A DNA stretch of 64,000 bases from Dehalococcoidia bacterium. GTDB taxonomy: Bacteria; Chloroflexota; Dehalococcoidia; Bin125. Below, one piece after another: positions 10,113-22,759 of the stretch (its first letter is position 1; each line of letters opens with the position of its first letter). The notes below the pieces were generated by a model, which had not been told where the DNA came from, made no database searches, and saw only the letters and a program-made list of their open reading frames with translations. The stretch spans positions 96,001 through 160,000 of the forward strand of contig CAXXRD010000001.1 of the NCBI GenBank assembly GCA_963663895.2, in the 5' to 3' direction. Both the position numbers and the translations under genes were made by a program.

Positions 10113-10540
10113 AAGCCGTTGTCGTGATCGAGAGTAGCGGCGCCACGGATCAACTCGCCCGGCGTGTCGCCCAGCAGCTGCCAGGCCCGGCGGTGCATGT
10201 GCCATTCGAAACGTTAGCGACGGAGTGGGTAATCGCACCCCCAGCAGACGCCACAGCCGCAGCGTCGACCGCCGCAATGATGGCCAAACTTCTGGTGGCC
10301 GGCTACGTCAAAGGGGGCTTTAGCGTCGTGCTGCATGGCCCACTTGGAGCAGGCGACGCCACGGCGGGCAAAGAGATCGTGCGGCTGATGCGCGCCGCCC
10401 GCGGCGTGCGCACGCTGCACGTCCATTCGGGAATCGCTCAGTCAGCGCTGGAACTCCAGCTCGATCCCGCGACGACGGACGTGGCATCCGCCGCCGCGGC
10501 GATCATCGCGTGCGTCCATGCGGATCTTGCCCATGGCTAG
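10109..10540 (+). CDS. Hypothetical protein, degenerate P-loop nucleotide-kinase-like fold
   Basis: GTG overlaps the hyuA stop and the ORF overlaps the hyuB start. VVVIESSGATDQLARRVAQQL sits where a Walker A plus helix would be. Confidence 0.65.
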   Translation: MKAVVVIESSGATDQLARRVAQQLPGPAVHVPFETLATEWVIAPPADATAAASTAAMMAKLLVAGYVKGGFSVVLHGPLGAGDATAGKEIVRLMRAARGVRTLHVHSGIAQSALELQLDPATTDVASAAAAIIACVHADLAHG

Positions 10541-12203
10541 GACGCGCCGCCGAGCGAGCGAATCACTCGACCCCGCGCGGCTGTCGATCATTGATTCCCT
10601 TGTCTCGTCGGTCGCCGAAGAGATGGGAGCGAACCTGCGGCACACGGCTCTCTCTCCCAACATTAAAGAGCGTCGGGACTACAGCTGCGCCGTCTTTGAT
10701 GCCGAGGGGAATCTGCTCGCGCAAGCAGCCCACATTCCTGTCCATCTTGGCGCGATCCCGGAATCCGTGCGGGCCGTCGCAGAGCTGGCGCCTTTCCGTC
10801 CCGGCGACCTCGCGGTCCTCAACGACCCCTTTCTCGGCGGCACCCATCTGCCGGACGTGACGATGGTCTCTCCCGTTTTCGGAAGCAGCCGACGGCGAAC
10901 GCTCATTGGATTTGTGGCGAGCCGCGCGCACCAAGCAGATATCGGGGGGATGGCGCCGGGCTCCATGCCAGTGGCCCGCGAGCTGATCCAGGAAGGGTTG
11001 ATCATTCCACCCGTCCGACTGTATCGCGCCGGAGAGTTGGTACCAGAGACGCTGGCGTTGATCTTGCGGAACGTGCGCACGCCGGACGAGCGCCGCGGGG
11101 ATCTGGCTGCACAGGTAGCAGCGCACCGGATCGGCGAGCGGCGGCTGGCGGCGCTCGCCGAACGCATCGGCCTCCAAGCGTTCCGGCGAGCATCACACGC
11201 GCTTCTGAACTACGGCGAGCGGCTGGCCCGCGAAGCGCTGCGCGACTTCCCGCCCGGTACGTACGCTTTCCACGATCACCTCGACAGCGACGGTGTACGT
11301 GAGGGCGCCGTCTCGATCATGCTCCGGTTGACGATCGAGCCGGGCGGGTGGCATCTGGACTTCAGCGGCTCCGCAAAGCAGCGAGCAGCATCCATCAACG
11401 CAGTCGCGGCGGTTACCCGCTCTGCGGCGTACTATGTGCTCCGCTGTCTGCTCCCCTCCGAGACGCCTACCAATAGCGGCCTCTTTCGGCAGATCCGGTT
11501 CACGCTCCCAGAGGGATCGGTAGTGAATGCCCGGCCACCTGTCGCGGTGGCTGCCGGGAACGTCGAAACGAGCCAGCGGATCGTCGACGTGATCTGGGGC
11601 GCGCTCGCCCAGGCGCTCCCCACGCGGATCCCCGCCGCATCAAGTGGCACGATGAACAACCTGGCGGCTGGGGGCATCGACCCGTCCACGGGGCATTCCT
11701 GGGCATATTACGAAACGATAGGAGGGGGACACGGGGGGGGACCGGGCGGGCCTGGGATCGCGGCCACGCAAAGTCACATGACGAACACGCTCAACACGCC
11801 CGTCGAAGAGCTGGAACTGTCCTACCCGATGCGGGTACGCAGCAACCGCGTGCGGCGGGGCAGTGGCGGTCGCGGGATACAGCGCGGCGGCGATGGGCTG
11901 ATACGCTGCACGGAATTCCTGGCCCCGACAACGGTGACGATCATCAGTGAGCGACGAGAAGCGGCGCCTTGGGGCCTAGCTGGCGGCGCTCCGGGGAAGC
12001 CCGGCCAGAACTGGCACACGCACACCGGGCGGCGGCGGCGCCTGCCAGGCAAGTGCGTCGTCTCTGTCGAAGAGGGCGACATCATCTGCATCGCGACTCC
12101 GGGTGGAGGGGGCTGGGGGACGCCCGCGCCCCGGGCTCGTGGGGCAGCCAGTACACTGAATGAGGCGGAAGAGCATCAGGATGCCAGATCGACTGGAACG
12201 TGA
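10533..12203 (+). CDS. Hydantoinase B / 5-oxoprolinase catalytic subunit (HyuB-like)
   Basis: SPNIKERRDYSCA, HIPVHLG, NDPFLGGTHLPD, RAHQADIGG, TPGGGGWG. Confidence 0.93.
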   Translation: MARTRRRASESLDPARLSIIDSLVSSVAEEMGANLRHTALSPNIKERRDYSCAVFDAEGNLLAQAAHIPVHLGAIPESVRAVAELAPFRPGDLAVLNDPFLGGTHLPDVTMVSPVFGSSRRRTLIGFVASRAHQADIGGMAPGSMPVARELIQEGLIIPPVRLYRAGELVPETLALILRNVRTPDERRGDLAAQVAAHRIGERRLAALAERIGLQAFRRASHALLNYGERLAREALRDFPPGTYAFHDHLDSDGVREGAVSIMLRLTIEPGGWHLDFSGSAKQRAASINAVAAVTRSAAYYVLRCLLPSETPTNSGLFRQIRFTLPEGSVVNARPPVAVAAGNVETSQRIVDVIWGALAQALPTRIPAASSGTMNNLAAGGIDPSTGHSWAYYETIGGGHGGGPGGPGIAATQSHMTNTLNTPVEELELSYPMRVRSNRVRRGSGGRGIQRGGDGLIRCTEFLAPTTVTIISERREAAPWGLAGGAPGKPGQNWHTHTGRRRRLPGKCVVSVEEGDIICIATPGGGGWGTPAPRARGAASTLNEAEEHQDARSTGT

Positions 12204-12608
12204 GATCGAGGATGTCCTCAGCAAGGTTGAGGACTTCGAGTGGCACCGCCGTCGTCGCCGATCGCGGCGCCTGCTGCGAGCACTCCGCCCGCAGCGTCCG
12301 CACTTCCCGATCTCCGAACCGGCCAATAATCCGCTGGCAGCGTATACGCGCCGAATTGGTCCCCGGGCATCTCATGCTTGCCGGATTCCTTCTCGTCCTT
12401 GTGTCCCTGGTCTTCGGTGGCTTCGACGGCATCTGGCGCGGGCTCGTGGTGGCGGGCATCGCCCTCGCCTTACTGGGCGTGGCGTGGAGCGCACGGAGGC
12501 CGCACCGACCCGCGCGCAGGCAGCGGGGGGGTTGGTGGCGGGACCGTTACATCACCTACGACGATCCCGAATCGCCCAGCCGCCCCTTTTTGGCGGCGAC
12601 GGCGCTAG
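12181..12608 (+). CDS. Small two-TM membrane protein, frameshifted (two apparent extra bases)
   Basis: MPDRLEREIEDVLSK in one frame, TM pair HLMLAGFLLVLVSLVF/GLVVAGIALALLGVAW and WWRDRYITY in the next, and ending PFWRRRR-TAG 12608 after a TTTTT run in the third. Confidence 0.55.
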
Positions 12609-12663
12609 CTACCTGCGCTCTTCCCAACACCTGCCCCACCGGCTGCAAGCCTCAGCCGCGCTG

Positions 12664-14092
12664 ATGGTAAGCCTGGCCTTGCTGTTGACCGCTTGCGCCA
12701 GCACCTCGCAGACGCCGACCGGCGAGCAAGAGACAGCGACGGACTCTCTTGATAGGGCCGAGTTCGCGAAGGGCCCCGTCCGCGACGACGAGTCGACGGC
12801 AGCGCCAGCTCCAGCATTTGCGCCCCAGCGACCCGCAGCGCCGGAACCGGATCCAGATAGGCGTGCGGCCGGAGTTCGGCGGATCCACAGCCCTTTGATT
12901 TCGACCATGCACTCGGGGTGTTGCGACACCTTGCCGTCGAAATCGGCCCCCGTGCGCAAACGACCGCTGCTGAACGAGCCGGCGGCAGATTACATCGCGG
13001 AACAGTTCCAGTCCTTCGGCTACGAAGTAGAGATACAGCCCTTCCCGCTACGGATCACCGAACTCGGCGACGCGGCTTTGTCGGTGAACGGACGGGCGAT
13101 CGCCACGCGTCCATTCGGGGGATCAGTGGGAGGCGTAGCCAGCGGCCCGCTCATCGTGGTACCCGGACTCGGGGCGGCGGCAGACTACGCGGGTCTCGAC
13201 GCGAGCGGTGCAGTCGTGCTCGTAGAGCGCGGGGGGCTCTTCTTTCAAGACAAGGTTGCCAATGCGCAGGTCGCAGGGGCCACCGCGATCGTGATCTACA
13301 ACAACGAACCGGGTCGCTTCGATGGCGCTCTCTCCAACGGCACCACGATCCCCGCGGTCGCGATCGCTCGTGAAGACGGGCCTCGCCCTGCGGTTCAGTA
13401 ACCGAGCGGACGCCGTAGTTAGCGTGGAAGGCAGCAGCCAGGTGCGCGAGTCACAGAACGTACTCGCACGGACTGCGGGCGGGCGGTGTGAGATCTACGT
13501 GGGCGGCCACTACGACACCGTGCCTGATGTCGCGGGAGCAAACGACAACGCCAGTGGCACGGCGCTGGTCATCGAGCTCGCGCGCGCTTACTCCGGCAGC
13601 GAAGGAGCCGATGTCGTGTGCTTCGCTGCATTCGGAGCTGAGGAAAGCGGCGGCGGGAGCCTAGGGCTGGCCGGGAGCCGTTTCTTAGCGCAGCAAATCG
13701 AAACTCGCGGGGAGACGAAGCAGGTGCGAGCGATGCTGAACTTGGATGTTGCCGCCGCCGGCAACTCGATCATGCTGGTCGGCTCACCCTCGCTCACCAC
13801 CATGGGGTTGCCACTCGCACGGTCGTTCGCGCGCGGAGGGGGCGCAGGACCGCTCCCTCCCGAAGTCGGGTCGGATCACCTGAGCTTCGACGCGATCGGC
13901 ATCCCCGTGATCTTCCCCTTTGTGACCGGCGCCACGATTCACGTCCCGAGCGACAATTTCATGAACGTCGAGTGGGATCTGTTCGCGGAGATGGGAGCAT
14001 TAGCGCACGGGCTGTTACGCTGCCTCATCGCACAAGAGGGTCGCTCGCCGCTCTCCGGCGAAGCCTGTCTGGAGCTGAGCGCCGCAGCATGA
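12664..14092 (+). pseudogene. M28 family aminopeptidase lipoprotein with PA domain; three frameshifts (error or decay)
   Basis: Lipobox LTAC; FDFDHALGVLRHLAVEIGPR and ADYIAEQFQSFGY in different frames; PA domain VLVERGG...IYNN; GGHYDTV, GANDNASG, FGAEE, NLD, SDH. Shifts at about 12860-12900, 12980 and 13380. Start uncertain. Confidence 0.8.
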
Positions 14093-14114
14093 GGACCTTC
14101 CCTCGGCAGGCGCG

Positions 14115-14144
14115 TTGAGTGGTCGGCGCGCGCCCATCTACACT
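14115..14144 (+). promoter_or_regulatory. Sigma70-type promoter of LysM lipoprotein gene
   Basis: TTGAGT-18 bp-TACACT. Confidence 0.45.
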
Positions 14145-14172
14145 CGAAACAGGCGGCCCGGAAGGGACAGGC

Positions 14173-14811
14173 GTGCGGTTCGGGTTCATCGGCCTCGTAG
14201 TCGGCTCTCTGGCCCTCCTCAGTGCCTGTGGTAGTGATGCCCCCGCTCCTTTCGCCACCGAGCAAGACGACGAGCTTGCACCCGAGACGACCGACATCCC
14301 CGTCGAGCCCTTCCCGGAAACGCTGCCCGAGCCGTTCATCATCCGCGAGAATGAAGCCGCTGGCGCGGAAAGCCAGGAGCCGACCACCGAGGTCCTGTAT
14401 GAGATCCAGCCCGGCGACACCCTAGCCACCATCGCCGAGCAGTTCGGAACCACAACCGCGGCGATCCAACGGTTAAACGGCATCGCAGACCCTTCCATTT
14501 TGCAGGTCGGAGACATCCTGCGAATCCCCGTCACCTCAGAGCGGGTCGCGGCGACCACCGATGAGGACGGGCTGCCTATCGAGGAGGAAGAATTGCCGGG
14601 GGAGCCGTACACGATCCAGCCGGGCGACACGTTGATCGACATTGGGGTCACGTTCGGCATCGACTACCTCGAGATCGCCGCGCACAACAACCTCACCGAG
14701 TTCGAGATCGAGAACCTGCAGGTCGGACAGGTGATTATCATCCCGCCGCTAACAGACGATGAGACGGACTCCGAAGCAGAAGAGGACGTGCCGAGCGAGC
14801 CCCCTGGCTAG
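14173..14811 (+). CDS. Acidic lipoprotein with two LysM domains
   Basis: Lipobox LSAC; YEIQPGDTLATIAEQFGTT...LNGI..LQVGDILRIP and YTIQPGDTL...LQVGQVIIIP. Confidence 0.93.
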   Translation: MRFGFIGLVVGSLALLSACGSDAPAPFATEQDDELAPETTDIPVEPFPETLPEPFIIRENEAAGAESQEPTTEVLYEIQPGDTLATIAEQFGTTTAAIQRLNGIADPSILQVGDILRIPVTSERVAATTDEDGLPIEEEELPGEPYTIQPGDTLIDIGVTFGIDYLEIAAHNNLTEFEIENLQVGQVIIIPPLTDDETDSEAEEDVPSEPPG

Positions 14812-14981
14812 GACTTCCTGCCCGTTGCGCAGCGCACACTCCTGCACCGCAGCGGTAGCGAAGTTTCTAGCCGCTACAACGCCTTGTGATAGTCTGCTTG
14901 GCGGTGTGGGCCCGCTTCGCGCTGGGCAACACGGCGACGGTTTCGGCTCGCTTCCCGTCCGGCCAAGGAGTACCGAGCAGC

Positions 14982-16589
14982 ATGGCCATGAGTGGGATCG
15001 AGACACAGCCCTCGACGGACGACTCGAGTGTGGATCCGCGCACTATCGAGGGCAAGCTCGCGGAACTCGATCGCCGCAAGGCAGAGAGTCGTGCCGGTGG
15101 GGGCGAGAAAGCGGTCGCGCGCCAGCGCGAGCGCGGAAAGCTAACGGCGCACGAGCGCTTGGAAATCCTATTCGACGACGGCACGTTCGAAGAGGTAGAC
15201 GCGCTTGTCACGCACCGCACGTCACGGTTCGGGCTCGGTAAGCAGCGTCACCCCGGGGACGCCATGGTGACCGGCCATGGAGAGATCGACGGCCGACTCA
15301 CCTTCGCATACGCGCAGGATTTCACGGTCCTCGGCGGTTCGCTCTCCGAGGTTGCCGCAGAAAAGGTCGTCAAAGTCCAAGACCTCTCCATGAAAGTCGG
15401 CGCGCCCATCATCGCTTTGAACGACGGCGGCGGCGCGCGGATCCAGGAGGGCGTAGCGTCGCTGCGGGGCTATGGCGATCTCTTCCTCCGCAACACCCTG
15501 GCATCCGGCGTCGTGCCGCAGATCGGTGTCAGCATGGGCCCGAACGCCGGCGGCGGCGTTTACTCCCCGGCAATCATGGACTTCATCTTCATGGTCGACG
15601 GCATCGGCCAGATGTACATCACTGGGCCCGATGTCATCCGTGCGGTCAGCGGCGAAGAGGTCACGCACGAGGACCTCGGCGGCGCAAGGACCCATGCGAG
15701 TAAGAGCGGCGTCGCCCATTTTGTCATCGGTGGTGAAGAAGCCACGATCGAGACAGTGCGGACCCTGCTCTCGTACCTGCCCGCTACCAACATGGAAGAC
15801 CCGCCTTACCTCGACCTCGGCGACGATCCCGAGCGCCGCAACGACGACTTTCTCGACCTTGTTCCCGTCGATTCCATGCAGGCCTACGACGTGCGGGACG
15901 TGATCCGCGGCATCGTAGACAACGGCGAGTTCTTGGAAGTCCACGCCCAATGGGCGCGCAATATCTCCGTCGGCTTCGGACGAATGGGCGGGCACACTGT
16001 CGGCTTGGTCGGCAATGCGCCGGATGCGCTTGCCGGGGTGCTAGACATTGATGCCTCACGCAAGGCGGCGCGCTTCGTACGCTTCTGTGACTGCTTCAAC
16101 ATCCCTCTCGTGACGCTGGTGGACGTCCCCGGATTCCTACCGGGGACGCAGCAGGAATACGGCGGCATCATCACGCACGGCGCGAAGCTGCTCTACGCCT
16201 ACGCCGAGGCGACCGTGCCCAAGATATCCGTGACGCTACGCAAGGCGTACGGCGGCGCTCACATCGTGATGAGCAGCAAGTACTTAGGAAGCGATGTGAA
16301 CCTCGCCTGGCCCACCGCCGAGATCGCCGTGATGGGAGCGGAGGGGGCCGTCAACGTGATCCACCGGCGCGCAATCGCCGAGGCAGACGACATCGACAGC
16401 ACTCGTGCCCGTCTGATCGCGGAATTCGAGGCGGAGTTCTCCAATCCCTATCAGGCCGCGCAGCTCGGCTACGTCGATGATGTCGTCGATCCGCGCGACA
16501 CGCGGCGCCGCGTCATCACAGCGCTGCGTATGCTGGCACGGAAGTCGGAGAGCTTGCCGCCGAAAAAGCACGGGAACATCCCGCTCTAA
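14982..16589 (+). CDS. pccB: Acyl-CoA (propionyl/methylmalonyl-CoA) carboxyltransferase beta subunit
   Basis: QDFTVLGGS, GGARIQEG, KAARFVRFCDCFNIP, DVPGFLPG, KAYGGA, KKHGNIPL. AAGGAG SD. Confidence 0.9.
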   Translation: MAMSGIETQPSTDDSSVDPRTIEGKLAELDRRKAESRAGGGEKAVARQRERGKLTAHERLEILFDDGTFEEVDALVTHRTSRFGLGKQRHPGDAMVTGHGEIDGRLTFAYAQDFTVLGGSLSEVAAEKVVKVQDLSMKVGAPIIALNDGGGARIQEGVASLRGYGDLFLRNTLASGVVPQIGVSMGPNAGGGVYSPAIMDFIFMVDGIGQMYITGPDVIRAVSGEEVTHEDLGGARTHASKSGVAHFVIGGEEATIETVRTLLSYLPATNMEDPPYLDLGDDPERRNDDFLDLVPVDSMQAYDVRDVIRGIVDNGEFLEVHAQWARNISVGFGRMGGHTVGLVGNAPDALAGVLDIDASRKAARFVRFCDCFNIPLVTLVDVPGFLPGTQQEYGGIITHGAKLLYAYAEATVPKISVTLRKAYGGAHIVMSSKYLGSDVNLAWPTAEIAVMGAEGAVNVIHRRAIAEADDIDSTRARLIAEFEAEFSNPYQAAQLGYVDDVVDPRDTRRRVITALRMLARKSESLPPKKHGNIPL

Positions 16590-16645
16590 CCTCACGCGAG
16601 CCGCGACTGGCGGCACCGCAGTGCAGCGGACGAGGAGGAACACGC

Positions 16646-19901
<3,256 letters not shown>

Positions 19902-19934
19902 CTCCACGACTCTCAAGGGATTGAGAAGGACACG

Positions 19935-21323
19935 ATGAGCGACATGCGAACCGAGAGTGACAGCCTGGGCGAGGTACATGTCCCAGCCGACAGTTACTGG
20001 GGCGCACAGACCCAACGCTCGCTGCAGAACTTCAAGATCGGCGACGAGCGCATGCCGCGCCCCCTGATCCGAGCCCTTGGGATTGTGAAGCACGCGTCGG
20101 CCTCCGCCAACGAGGCCCTGGGCAAGCTCGACGCCAAACGCGCTCACGCTATTCGTCAAGCGGCCCAGGAAGTGATCGACGGCACGTTGGACGATCACTT
20201 CCCATTGGTGGTCTGGCAGACCGGCTCGGGCACCCAAACCAATATGAACGCGAATGAGGTGATCGCGAACCGCGCCATTGTGCTGCTCGGCGGCACGATG
20301 GGAACGAAGGATCCGGTGCACCCAAACGATCACGTGAATATGTCGCAGTCCTCCAACGATGTCTTTCCCGGCGCGATGTCCGTCGCCACTGCCGAGCAAG
20401 TCGCGAATCACCTCATCCCTGGGCTCTCACATCTCCATGCAGCGCTGGCTGCCAAGTCGAAGGATTTCGCCTCGATCGTGAAGATCGGTCGCACCCATCT
20501 GATGGACGCGGTGCCGCTGACCCTGGGACAAGAGTTCTCCGGCTACGCCCAGCAGGTTGCCTACGGGATCCAGCGCGTGGAGTCGACCTTACCGCGGCTG
20601 TCGGAACTCGCGCTGGGAGGCACGGCGGTGGGGACAGGGCTGAACTCGCATCCCGAATACCCGGAGCGAGTGGCCGCGGAGATCTCCAAGCTCACGGCTA
20701 TGCCGTTCATCACGGCGCCCAACAAGTTTGAGTCGCTTGCTGCGCACGACGCGCAGGTCGAGTTGGCAGGTCAGCTCAAGACGGTAGCCGCCTCGTTGAT
20801 GAAGGTAGCCAACGACGTGCGGCTGCTGGGCTCAGGTCCCCGAGCGGGAATCGGCGAGCTTCTGCTGCCCGCCAACGAACCTGGAAGCTCGATTATGCCG
20901 GGCAAGGTCAACCCCACCCAATCCGAAGCGCTGACGATGGTCTGCGCACAAGTCATGGGGAACGACGTTACGGTCGGGGTAGGCGGAGCAACGGGGCATT
21001 TCGAGCTCAACGTCTTCAAGCCCGTCATCGCCTATAACAACCTGCAAAGCATTCGCCTGCTGGGCGATGCCGCTATCTCCTTTGCGGACAATTGCGTCGC
21101 CGGCATCGAAGCCAACAGGGATCGGATCGACGAGCTCATGCGCTCGTCGCTCATGTTGGTCACCGCGCTCAACCCCCATATTGGCTACGACAACGCGGCC
21201 AAGGTGGCCAAAAAGGCCTACGCTGAGCAGAAGACGTTGAAAGAGGCTGCCGTCGAACTCGGGCTACTTGCCGCCGATCAGTTCGACGAATGGGTCCGTC
21301 CGGAAGAGATGACCCATCCGTAA
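19935..21323 (+). CDS. fumC: Class II fumarate hydratase
   Basis: [31 protein letters not shown]. Confidence 0.97.
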   Translation: MSDMRTESDSLGEVHVPADSYWGAQTQRSLQNFKIGDERMPRPLIRALGIVKHASASANEALGKLDAKRAHAIRQAAQEVIDGTLDDHFPLVVWQTGSGTQTNMNANEVIANRAIVLLGGTMGTKDPVHPNDHVNMSQSSNDVFPGAMSVATAEQVANHLIPGLSHLHAALAAKSKDFASIVKIGRTHLMDAVPLTLGQEFSGYAQQVAYGIQRVESTLPRLSELALGGTAVGTGLNSHPEYPERVAAEISKLTAMPFITAPNKFESLAAHDAQVELAGQLKTVAASLMKVANDVRLLGSGPRAGIGELLLPANEPGSSIMPGKVNPTQSEALTMVCAQVMGNDVTVGVGGATGHFELNVFKPVIAYNNLQSIRLLGDAAISFADNCVAGIEANRDRIDELMRSSLMLVTALNPHIGYDNAAKVAKKAYAEQKTLKEAAVELGLLAADQFDEWVRPEEMTHP

Positions 21324-21390
21324 AAGCCGGTAGCACTTCGCCGCGCTGGCGAGCGCGGCGGCGGAACTCACGCCCCCTGGAGGTGCCACG

Positions 21391-21870
21391 ATGGCCAAAC
21401 GCCGGGCAGAGATCACTATGACGGAGGCGGAGCAACGCGCCTTCCTGGAAGCGGCCATCGCGGCAGGAGTCACAGTGACGTTCGCCTCCATCGACCGGAA
21501 CGGCTACCCGCACCTCGTGGCGATGTGGGCGATGCTGAAAGACGGCCTGTTGCACTTCACCGGCTATCGCAAGTCGCAGAAGATCCTCAATCTCAAGCGC
21601 AACCCCAAGATCACCTGCATGCTGGAACTCGGCGACGCCTACGACCAAGTGCGCGGCCTAGTAATCCAAGGCCGCGCGGAAATCATTGAGGATCCCGAAC
21701 TCTCCCGCGAATTGATGATGGTGATCGGCGGGAGCAAGGACCCAAATCATCCGATGGGGAGCGCGTCCGAGGAGAAGATCATGGCGGTGGCGCGCAAGCG
21801 GTCCTGCGTACGGGTGCATCCAGAGCACGTTTACTCTTGGGATCACCGCAAGCTCGGGGGCACCTACTGA
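21391..21870 (+). CDS. PPOX-class (split beta-barrel) flavin/F420-dependent oxidoreductase, copy 1
   Basis: ASIDRNGYPHLVAMW, KSQKILNLKRNPKI, SWDHRKL. Confidence 0.88.
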   Translation: MAKRRAEITMTEAEQRAFLEAAIAAGVTVTFASIDRNGYPHLVAMWAMLKDGLLHFTGYRKSQKILNLKRNPKITCMLELGDAYDQVRGLVIQGRAEIIEDPELSRELMMVIGGSKDPNHPMGSASEEKIMAVARKRSCVRVHPEHVYSWDHRKLGGTY

Positions 21871-21949
21871 CTTATTCCCAGTATCTGTCAGATCACGAAC
21901 TCGCTAGCATTCATCGGATTCCACTACAGCCATCCAGAGGAGGCAGGGC

Positions 21950-22429
21950 ATGGCCAAGCGCCGCAACGAGATCGCGATGACCCCAGAGGAGGCCGAAGCA
22001 TTTCTCCAAGAGTGCTCGAAACCAGGCCATTCCCTCGAGGTCGCGTCGATTGGCCCTAACGGTTATCCGCACCAAGTCGCAATGTGGTACACGCTCATCG
22101 ACGACAAGATCCACTTCACGTCCTACGCCAAGGCGCAGAAGGTCTTGAATCTCCAGCGCCATCCAAAGATCTCCTGCATGGTGGAGAAGGGCGACAGGTA
22201 CGCCGAGCTTCGCGGCTTAGTGATCGAAGGCGAGGCGGAGATCATCGACGACCCTGAAACAGTTTTTCGCGTCCTCAAGGAATCCTCCGCCAACCACGCC
22301 GAGGGGAACCCCATGCACGCCGCACCGGACGAGCAAAAGCGCAAGGTGGCGAGTAAGCGCGTCGCCATCAAAGTGAATCCCGTGAACGTCTTTTCCTGGG
22401 ATCATCGCAAGCTCGGAGGCTCGTACTAG
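21950..22429 (+). CDS. PPOX-class (split beta-barrel) flavin/F420-dependent oxidoreductase, copy 2
   Basis: ASIGPNGYPHQVAMW, KAQKVLNLQRHPKI, SWDHRKL. Same 159-aa length as copy 1. Confidence 0.88.
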   Translation: MAKRRNEIAMTPEEAEAFLQECSKPGHSLEVASIGPNGYPHQVAMWYTLIDDKIHFTSYAKAQKVLNLQRHPKISCMVEKGDRYAELRGLVIEGEAEIIDDPETVFRVLKESSANHAEGNPMHAAPDEQKRKVASKRVAIKVNPVNVFSWDHRKLGGSY

Positions 22430-22570
22430 CCTCTACGGGTATGCCGAAAACCTCCTTGGGCCCACTGCCTGCCCCGACTGGGTCTACTTAGATCCCATTT
22501 ATGTCAAATATTGGCAATGGATGCATCTGAGACGGGAACCAGCCTCTGGTCGGCGGCGTTCTAGTAGGTA

Positions 22571-22684
22571 AGGAGGGCCCAGGTAGCGGGACCGAAGTTC
22601 CCCCCGCCCGCACTCTCGCGCCCCACGGCGGCTTGCCGCCCCAAGCACGAGAGCAACCCGTCGGTCCCGCTGCCCTCCCTTTTC
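22571..22684. ncRNA. Candidate structured RNA (rod-like hairpin with central bubble)
   Basis: GGAGGGC/GCCCTCC, an 11-bp AGCGGGACCGA/TCGGTCCCGCT stem, CTCTCG/CGAGAG, apical GGCGG-CTTG-CCGCC, then TTTT. Confidence 0.4.
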
Positions 22685-22759
22685 AACCGACCCTACGTAC
22701 GCGGATATGTGACCGAGCCGCAGTGCCGACCGCTGCAGGAACAGGCTTCGATTCCCCAG

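Noticed and set aside
12160-13401. 413-aa ORF as a novel fusion protein
   Set aside because: Chimera of two frameshifted genes; the middle part is out-of-frame sequence.
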